Positions 1 through 8,500 of a stretch of DNA of 15,167 nt are shown one piece after another (position 1 is the first letter of the stretch; every line of letters starts with the position of its first letter). The notes beneath the pieces were generated by a model, which was not told where the DNA came from, did no database searches, and saw only the letters and a list, made by a program, of their open reading frames with translations. Position numbers and translations under genes: made by a program. The DNA is taken from positions 1-15,167 of the forward strand of contig NIVC01005259.1 in assembly GCA_002269645.1 (NCBI GenBank). Direction: 5' to 3'. The DNA comes from Macrostomum lignano (lineage: Eukaryota).

Positions 1-499
1 CTTTGTTTGGCACTTGAGTTTCTCGAATATCCAAAGAGGCTTGGAGCAGATGCTGGTTTAAGCTACTGTATATTATACTATAATTTGTCCTTCCGGAAAT
101 TTCTAGAATTAAATAATTCATAATTATTGAATCGAACTTTCGCGAAGGTCACTACACTACTCGACTGTTTTAAAGAAGCATGCACTACAATAGAGCCTCA
201 GAAGCGCTATATATATAGGTGTATTTATAATTTTTTAAGCTTTTAATCTGTTAAATCTAGATATTTTAAGTAATTATGTCATTAAAAGCAACTTTGCAAC
301 TCGTTTTAAAATCTCTGAAGTTTTTATGCATAGCAGACATACTATAATTGGGCAAAGCTTGAGAAAAGGATCAGATGGGCTTCTAACTAATTTACTATCA
401 ACAAAAATTTTATTTTTAGCTTATAAGCTTAGGCCTTTAGTAGCTGTCATGACTAAGTTATAGCCCCATCATACTAAGACTTTAACTGCTAGTCTGCTA

Positions 500-503
500 C
501 TAG
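500..503 (-). other. CTAG 3' terminus followed by T (Helitron CTRR|T end)
   Basis: The minus strand reads hairpin, 15-nt spacer, CTAG, T. This matches the canonical Helitron 3' end and A^T target rule. CTAG alone is short, so support depends on its spacing from the hairpin. Confidence 0.65.
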
Positions 504-518
504 TTAGGTCGAAGTGCA

Positions 519-590
519 GTCCGGAAAAATTGCCAACGAGGAGCGAAGGCGAGAAGCGAGCGTAGCTCCTCGTTGGCAATTTTTCGCGAC
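519..590 (-). terminator. Terminal stem-loop (Helitron 3' terminator-type hairpin)
   Basis: Perfect 21-bp stem 524-544/565-585 (GAAAAATTGCCAACGAGGAGC), a 20-nt purine-rich loop, and a 3-bp GTC/GAC closure after a 2x2 mismatch. Confidence 0.85.
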
Positions 591-1565
591 AAACGAGACC
601 GAGATAATATGTCCCGGAGACTCCCCCAACGTAAAATCAACGTTTTAGAAAATAAAATTGATGCAGAGTTAAAACCACTTGAGATGAAACCATGTGTGAC
701 CCCTCTATGGACGTAAAACATTTAGGGCTACAAGATGTGTGACGTGAAAGTTCCATAGCAACGCGTCTTGGTTGCCATGGCAAACAAAAAAGTGACTTTT
801 TTTAGACCCGTCCAAATCTTGAATCTCAAAAAATAAGGATTCACAATATGGAGTCAAAAATTGATTGAACCCAACTTTTGGCGAATTTTCAGACCTTCAA
901 GACACTGATTGGTTATTTTCCGCTAAATGCTTACCTTGATAGTAATTCTGTAAAAGTGTGTTTTTTAAGTGTCAAAAAATGCGCATTTTTATCAACTTTC
1001 AACTGAGCTCTGTCATTCTAAACAATGGCACCTGGGACTCTTACATGACGCACGACTTTAACCAAGATACTCACTTTAACTGTACATTCGCACCTGTTAA
1101 TTACATTCGAATATTCGACGGGTAGGTATTCGAACCGAAATAAAGGAAATTCAACCTTGTTGCGAGACTCTAAAAAGTACATGAATGCGGTCATTTAGGT
1201 AAGATCTACATGTTTATAATACATTTTGAGCCGTTTCGTTGCACTGACTCTGAGCCATACACTGCTAAAGTCGATAAACGTGATTTAGGCTATTTTTATG
1301 TATTTTTCATGATACAAATGTACAAAAAATAAGAAACGACGACATGCTAGGAAAATCAGACTTTTTAGGCAAGGTGCACAACTAAATTGCGCACAATATG
1401 TATATTTTGAAATTTCGTCTTAGTTTATTGAAGTCGCTGCCGGTACAGAAATGTACTTTAACGACGGTACGGGGGCTTGCATATCGAACATACTTTTTAG
1501 CCTGTAACTTTTGAGCGGATTACCGGAGCGCGACGCGCTTGGTGTCATTGAACTACATTTTAGAT

Positions 1566-2620
1566 GTACTTTAATTTGAATGTATGTTCGCTGTCATTGC
1601 ACGATGCGTTGTACACCTCAGGTCAGGTCACGTGACTTGCTGGAAATGAAATAATGACTTTGTACCTATACTAAGGATAGGTGAAGCGTAAGAATGAACC
1701 AAAATTTGTACTTATTAGAAACACCTAGATGACTACTGTCAGAAAAAATGATATTCACGTCTGTCAGTTGCAAAATTTTGTTATAATTGACTTTTAAAAT
1801 CGAAAAACGTGATTTTGTGCAAAAACAACCTATATGAGCACACATAGGGTGAAAAATTTATTGATTTTCGCTATGAGGTTCTTAGCTTCCAAGAGCACTA
1901 TTGTGCCCAGTAAACACGTACAGATGACTGCTATCTTCGTTAGTGTGCGAAAATTCGTATTTTTACGCTAATAACATTTACCGAATTACGAGGTTCCGGT
2001 GTTATGCGTTTTTTTGCTATATTTCACGCTGCCATTTATTAACGATGCTACGCCAGGCCTTCAGTGTGGTGTCAATAGTTAGCATTTAAAAAGTGCTTTA
2101 ATTTGAGTGTATGTTCGCTGGCATTGCACGATGCGTTGTACACCTCAGGCCAGGTCACGTGACTTGCTGGAAATGAAATAATGACTTTGTACCTATACTA
2201 AGGATAGGTGAAGCATAAGAATGACCCATATTAGTACTTATTAGAAACATCTAGATGAATACTCTCAGAAAAAGTGACATTCACGTCTGTCAGTTGCAAA
2301 AAAAATTTTTAATTGACTCTCAAAATCGAAAAACGTGATTTTGTGCAAAAACAACCCATTTGAGCACTACATAGGGCGGAAAATATATTAATTTTCGCTA
2401 TGAGGTTCTTAGCTTCCAAGAGCACTATTGTGCCCAGTAAACACGTACAGATGACTGCCATCTTCGTTAGTGTGCGAAAATTCGTATTTTGACGCTATTA
2501 ACATTTTACCGAATTACGAGGTTCCGGTACTATGCGTTTTTTTGCTATATTTCACGCTGCCATTTATTAACTATCCTACGCCAGGCCTTCAGTGTAGTGT
2601 CAATAAATAGCATTTAGCAA
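1566..2620. repeat. Tandem duplication, 2 x ~527 bp, inside the left arm
   Basis: Units start GTACTTTAATTTGAATGTATG (1566) and GTGCTTTAATTTGAGTGTATG (2093). They are roughly 90% identical by eye. A third start, GTGCTTTAA, lies at 2621. Confidence 0.92.
1627..1636. promoter_or_regulatory. GTCACGTGAC palindrome (CLEAR/USF-type E-box), also at 2154-2163, 13163-13172 and 13690-13699
   Basis: Exact 10-bp palindrome, one per 527-bp unit. Motif match only. Confidence 0.35.
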
Positions 2621-4122
2621 GTGCTTTAAGATGACATCATGCGCATTGCGTTGCGTAAAAGTGTGGGTCCACAGTTTCGTAACAAGTTAAAATGACCTGA
2701 TTTCGCAAAAATCTTTAAAACAAAAAATACCAAATAGGTAACTAAAAAGCCTTTTGAAACTGAATAAAAAATGCACATAAAAGTGCTATTTTGTAACGTA
2801 AAAAGTCTTGCGTCCTGCAAAAATCTTCTATGGTGACTTTTTGGAGCCGTGAAGTGTAAAAACGTGCGCATTTTTAAAGCTGTTGAACTTACTTTTTGAG
2901 GTATATTTTGAAAATAGGCATTTTATAAATTGTATAACAAAATTTAATTGAAGAAAGCAATAAGGTAAAATAGAATTCGAAATTATTTAATTTTGAAATA
3001 ATTAAACTGTACATTTCAGTCGTTCTGTTCCTTATAATTTCTACAAAAATTTAAATTTAAATCGGTTATGTTAACAGTAGTTTATTGCTGTAGGACAAAT
3101 TTGACCCCAAATTTTCAAAGCAACTTATCTAAGCAAACGCTATCTAAATCTGAAATATTTTCAAGCTTCAATCTGTAGCTATAATATTCGGTTTTGTTAC
3201 GCTATTTATTCGTATCCTACTACATTATATATAATTATTGTACAATATATTATATTCTACAAGTACAAGTTTTAATTGTAATATATTCAATTGTTATCAG
3301 TTTTACACTGTAAGTGTAAGCTTCAAATTTTATTTGAAATATAACTGAAGTATAGTACTTTAATATTATTTTATAGCTAATTAATTGTATTCTGCCAAAT
3401 ATTTACGTTTTTTTTCTCTGCTTTGCTTTTTGCTCCATATTTTTATAAATTATAGTCATATTTACATATATCTTTTAAAAGTACTCATCCTTTCACATTT
3501 TATTTTGTAGTTATCAGTCAAATTTAACTTGAATTTTCCTTTTGTTTGCATAATTTTGACTTAAGACTTTAGTTTTGAAGTAAGTATTCTTTTTATTTCT
3601 TCATATGTTTAGCATAGTACAAATATCTGTAGTACTCTGCTTAATGGTAGAAGTTTGTGGACACTTTTTATAAATTCTGCTCAATTTATTATAAATTTAG
3701 CATTTTTGCTAGACAATATATACATGCCAATGCTCCTTATATCAAGCAATGCTTGAAAGTGCTAGACACTTAGTTTATGGTGAATTTTTACCAAGGGATG
3801 TTTTTTTGCTGATATAGAATTCCTAGAAGCATGTACAAAAACATGGAATATGCCTGAAAAAACTCTAGAAAATATGCACTAAATCCAAGAAAAAATGTTG
3901 AAAGCACAAAAACTACATGGCACACACCGCCTATATGCCAGTATATTATGCTGCAGCATATTAATCCACAATCCAGTAGCAGTGCTAGTGTTCGTAGTTT
4001 AACTAAATTTGCCACCAGAAAAGAGTTGAGTTAACTTGGTAAAGAGTAGCATGTTTTCTGTGTTTAGCTAATTAGTTTCTTTATCATTCTGAAATATTTA
4101 CTAACATGTTTATTTAGACAGG

Positions 4123-4201
4123 ATGGGCAACGACAAAAACAGCATCAAGGACAACACTAGCATTAACAAGGATACAAGTGCTTCTTCTGTTGCTGCCAAT
4201 A
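4123..4201 (+). CDS. Predicted first coding exon of RepHel (MGNDKNSIKDNTSINKDTSASSVAAN)
   Basis: ATG at 4123, then an open frame to a consensus donor GTAAGT at 4202. The phase-1 end matches the next exon (A+GT = Ser). Preceded by TACTAAC (4099-4105) and a CAG acceptor (4119-4121). Confidence 0.7.
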
Positions 4202-4421
4202 GTAAGTTTTGTACATTTGTTGCAACTTGCAGGTGATAGGTGCTACTTTCAGGAATAGTTTCAAAGCAATCCTACCTTTATTATTAATATTCACACCTTA
4301 GGAAACCAGCTTTTACTAGCATTCTTGGCTGCCCATTTGGGCAACAGACAAACTAAAAAGTTCCTGCACTACACAATTTATTTACCAAACAATAAATCTC
4401 AATTGTTCACACTATAACTCA

Positions 4422-4699
4422 CACTGAATAGTTCACAGGTAATTCTGTAAAAAAGTGTTTTTCAGATGTCTAAAAATGTGAATTTTTCAAACTCTTAACT
4501 GACGCAGCTCAAATCAATAGTTCACACTCAATAGTTTAGATTGAATAGTTTCGCCTGAATAGTTTTGACAGACAGAATAATTTCAACTGAATAGTTACAA
4601 CTGAATAGTTTAGACTTAATAATCTTGACTGAGTAGTTTTGACTGAATAGTGTGAACTCAATAGTTTCGACTGAGTAGTTTCGACTGAATAGTTTCGAC
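4422..4699. repeat. Degenerate 14-bp minisatellite, consensus ACTGAATAGTTTCG
   Basis: Repeated (A)CTGAATAGTTTCG-like units, clearest at 4515-4699 and interrupted at 4437-4513. Confidence 0.85.
4437..4513 (+). repeat. Diverged 77-bp fragment homologous to the inverted arm
   Basis: AGGTAATTCTGTAAAA...AACTGACGCAGCTCAAA aligns at about 80% (by eye) to ~941-1004 and to the reverse complement of ~14344-14420. Confidence 0.85.
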
Positions 4700-4916
4700 A
4701 AAGGGAATAAATTCAATTGGAATCTGACCTTGTTTGACAGATCATTAAAATAATTATAGAAACTCTATTTTCGAATGTTTAACACCCTTAGAATTTGAGC
4801 AGATTTAAGAAATTTTGACCACTGTATAATCAGTGCAAAATCTGCAATAGTTTAGAAAAAACGCTATCAAAATTGATCAAGAATGGCACGCTCTAGAGCG
4901 AAATAGATGGACAGAC

Positions 4917-4937
4917 ATATATATATATATATATATA
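4917..4937. repeat. (AT)10 microsatellite
   Basis: Directly visible dinucleotide run in the predicted intron. Confidence 0.95.
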
Positions 4938-4978
4938 GGTAGATTTATAAATTTCTTTTTTACTGTGACTTTAAACAG

Positions 4979-5350
4979 GTGCGAAAAAGTGCGGACGGCC
5001 GAAGAAGAAAAACTGGAGCCGCTCCAAGAATAATATTAAAGTTGCTGCTGTCGGTGATTTAACTGCTGGCGAAGAACAGATTCAAGAGCCAGATGTACAA
5101 CCGGAAGCTGCTGCTGCCTCTTCTATTGCCGCTGCTGGGACTAAAGCTGGTGCTTCTGCTGATGCTGCTGCTAAAACTGAGTCTGTGATTAAGCTGGACG
5201 AGGCTGGTCTGGCTGCCCTGCTAGCTGAACATGATGCTGCTCTGGCCGACGCTCTGGCTGCTTCGGAATACCCCGTGGTCGAAGGTGATGCTGAAGTGCC
5301 CAATTCTGGTGCTGCTTACAATGAGCAACTTATAGGCTACTTGAGTGCTG
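4979..5350 (+). CDS. Predicted second coding exon of RepHel (AT-hook-like KKCGRPKKK, then an Ala/acidic-rich linker)
   Basis: Acceptor TTTCTTTTTTACTGTGACTTTAAACAG ending at 4978, an open GC-richer frame of 372 nt, and donor GTGAGA at 5351. Phase 1 at both ends, giving an in-frame join G+AT = Asp with the main exon. Confidence 0.8.
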
Positions 5351-5535
5351 GTGAGAGTTTTATTTTTTATTGAATTTCTATGCATAGTACAAGTTAATTT
5401 TCTTTCTTACATCTGACTTTGCTTGCGAATATTGAAAATTAGATTTTAGTGTTTACGACTTGTGCAAAATACAATTAATGCTCAATTCCTTAAAATTATC
5501 ATACCTCACTGTTTAAGAGTTGTATTCTTTTACAG
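5351..5535 (+). other. Predicted GT-AG intron (185 nt)
   Basis: GTGAGA...TATTCTTTTACAG boundaries, AT-rich, phase-consistent. Confidence 0.8.
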
Positions 5536-8500
5536 ATGAAACAGGTGCTACTGCAATGGATTTTGCCGAAGGTCATGTAACTGCTGCTGTACAAGTCCAA
5601 CCTGTATGGGTTCCTTTTTCTTCGTGTCGCGTTGAGAATGTACGAGGTGACGGCAACTGTTTTTTCACGGCCATATTGAGACAATTACAAGAACTGCCAG
5701 GTTTTTCCGCCTATCAATCGCTAAGCGTAGAAGATTTTCGAGATGCGGTTGCTGCAGAATTCGAGCAATGGGTGCATCGCGATGTCAATAATCAGGAAAG
5801 AATTATGCAAACAGGACTGAATTGGGAAAAAGTGCGCGACGATACAAGGCGTCCCCGTATGTACGTGCCATGCGGAGTTCCAGAACTAATTGGTGAACTG
5901 TTGCGGCTAGAAGTGTTTATTTATCAGTCAAACATGCTTAATCTAGCGCGGCCTGGCCATTATTCCCGACCGAATATTGGAGAACGTTTGGCTACTATTC
6001 GATTGTTGTTTAATCCTGGTAGTCAACACTACGAAATCGTTCGTGTCAATGATTTGGAAGTTAATGAAGCAAGCTCAGTTCGGCCGACTGGCCAAGGAGA
6101 TTTGAGCGCCAAGAATGTGGAAATGCCCCCTCTCAACGAGAATGTTCATGTTGTCGAAGATCCTGTTGTAATGATGCCACCTCCAGCTCCACCAATGACG
6201 CCTTTTGAAAAGGTTGCAGACTGGACCCGAGTTCAAAGTAGGCATTGGAAGGGACGTTGTAGAAATCAAGCAAAGTCCTTGGAAAATAATACGAGTTTGT
6301 TTGCGCATCCGAATTCATATGAAGTGCTTCGGGATCGGAACAACTCTGTCTGGAATTGGAATGTCGATCTTGACGCGGAGGATAGCGCAGAGTCAGTTGA
6401 AATTGAGCATGTGTCAGAGTCAGTTAAAAGTGATCGTGTGTCAGAGTCCGTGCCATCAAATGTTCCGCGGCGCAGTCGGCGTAAAAAGGATGTTGGGAAG
6501 GCAAGTTGCGCTACGCGTCGGAGTAGTCGACTGAGCGCTAAAGCAAACACATTAGAGTCTGTGTCTGTTGCAGCCTCTAGTGTATCTGGTCAGAGCTTAT
6601 TGAGAAGAAGCAGTCGCACTCGGAGAGCACCATGTTGCAGTTGCATCGGTTGTGGCGACTCAGTTTCGGCGGTTTCAAGCGTTTCTTGCCATTTGGAAAA
6701 AGGAAGAGGTCGAGAAAAGAAGAGCGACGTTGTACCAAGTGCTCCTACTCGTCGCAGCGAGCGTTTGAAAAACCAGCAGCAAGTGGTCAACTATGCAAAT
6801 TCTTTACCACGGAAACAGAGATTGACAAACGCAGAAAATCATATCTGCGAACCCGTTCGATCGTCGCCTAGGAAGACGGCACCTTTGCAGCAGGAGCAGC
6901 AAGATAAACGTCAGTCTGATAATATTCCAGCTACTTCTACGTATTCATCACCACGAAAGACACGTGCTACTCAGGAGAAGCCTGATGAAGCGATCCGTTC
7001 GTCACCCAGAAAGCGGCCTACAATGGAGCAGCAGCCAGCTAAAGAAAATGTTCCGCAGAGCAGCACTTCAGAAGAGAGCGCTCAAGATGCTCCAATTGTT
7101 GAAGATGAAATCGGAGATCCTAATCTGCCAAAGTGCCTTCGCAATCCGTTCACAGACCAGTTCAAAAAGATGAGGCAAGACTTTTTCAATGAAAACATAA
7201 CAAAAGTATCACATTTGAAACAGTGCTACGTGTGTAGGGAAAAGTTTCCTGGAAAATATTTTAGCATCGATTCTGAAGACATGTGCGATCGTTGTTTCAG
7301 AGATGACAATGAGCCGAAATCGTTTAGCCAAGAAAACAATGCGATTCCGATGTTGGAGCAGCCAGAAGATTTGCAAGATTTGAGTGTAGCAGAGCAAATG
7401 TTGATTTCGCCAGTTTTGTCGGTTATTGTTGTGGTACAAATTTTTCCCCAAAAGCAAACAAAATCGAGAGGACACGGAATCATGTTGCCTCAAGATCAGT
7501 CGCACGTTTTGCGAGAGCTGCCAAGACGATCTCTGCCAGTTGTTTTAATGTACGACGAAAGAGCCCGTGTTCAGCCTGGAGAAGCGCAAAGCGGCACAAT
7601 GAACAATTTGCGAGTTCGACGCGACAAAGTGACTAATGCGATGCGCTATTTAATGGCAAACAACAAGTACTTTAGACAGTATCAGGTTTCAATGAATAAT
7701 GATGCGTTGCTACATCTGCCTGAAGATGGTTATGCTCATCAAGTAGAAGGTATGATTGTCGAAATGCAGTCTGACAATGAAGTGAATTTCGAGGCGGCAC
7801 AGCAAGAAGGCGGCTCAGCCAGAGCTGAGCGATTGCAGCAACAAGTAGAAAAAAATGCGGACGAGACGAACGAGCTCGAGGAAACAATTAGTTCGCTGTT
7901 GGAGACTCCTTTGCGTCGATTGGAATCGGCAGTACGAGACAAATTTTTGAGTGAAAAATTGAAATGGCCAGCAAGAAGCAACGAGCCGGTAAACGAATTT
8001 CAGGATGAAGGATATTTTACATTGGCTTATCCTCATCTCTTTCCGGATGGAGCAGGAGATTATAGTACGCCACGTAATTTTGGACTAAGTTTGGGCGACT
8101 ATGCAAAGCATTTGATGCAATTCCGGTGTCCAAGATTTCGTACCGATTTGCGGTTTAAATTTTACATTGAAAATATGGTGATGCGTTGGAGGGCGCTGGA
8201 AGTTGGTCGCGTGTTTGTACACGACAACAAGTATGCTGGATTAAGTGCCAAGGAAATGATTGAAGCACTAAATGACCCGGCAGTATTGGCTAGCGTGTCA
8301 GTTCGAGCATCAGATTTGCGAGGCACAAGCGCTTATTGGCAGAGTAAAGGACGGCAATTGGAAGCCATGATTCGAACGCTTGGTGTTCCTCATTTTTTCG
8401 TGACACTATCGGCAGCAGATGTACATTGGCCAGAGTTGCAGCATGCCTGGGGAATCGATGCAGAGCAATATGAAAGCAATGTAGAACTAAGAGCAGAAAT

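Larger units (their letters stand above)
591..3046 (-). repeat. Left long inverted-repeat arm (~2.46 kb)
   Basis: Reverse complement of 12280-14767. Coordinates sum to 15326 at 3046/12280, 2093/13233 and 1566/13760. Differences are few and mostly 1-nt indels in the outer part. Confidence 0.97.
4202..4978 (+). other. Predicted GT-AG intron (777 nt) containing a minisatellite, an arm-homologous fragment and (AT)n
   Basis: GTAAGT...TTTAAACAG boundaries, AT-rich, phase-consistent. Confidence 0.7.

Noticed and set aside
1-499. Left flank
   Set aside because: AT-rich sequence with no ORF, repeat or RNA gene I can support; treated as probable host flank.
480-520. Target-site duplication around the element
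   Set aside because: No matching short direct repeat can be tested because the right boundary is not in the window. Helitrons do not normally create TSDs.
2626-2871. 81-aa ORF duplicated at 12455-12700
   Set aside because: The two copies are identical only because they lie in the inverted arms. No recognisable motif, AT-rich, and no independent coding evidence.
3049-3062. ATTTAAATTTAAAT palindrome next to the inner end of the left arm
   Set aside because: Pure A/T in a very AT-rich region, so likely by chance.
3788-4015. 75-aa minus-strand ORF and short plus-strand frames at 3830-3990
   Set aside because: No motif, plus-strand frames are interrupted by stops, and no consistent splice chain was found.
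5520-5535. TTG start of the 2014-aa ORF in the ORF track
   Set aside because: These bases are a polypyrimidine tract plus CAG splice acceptor. In-phase upstream exons explain the N-terminus better.
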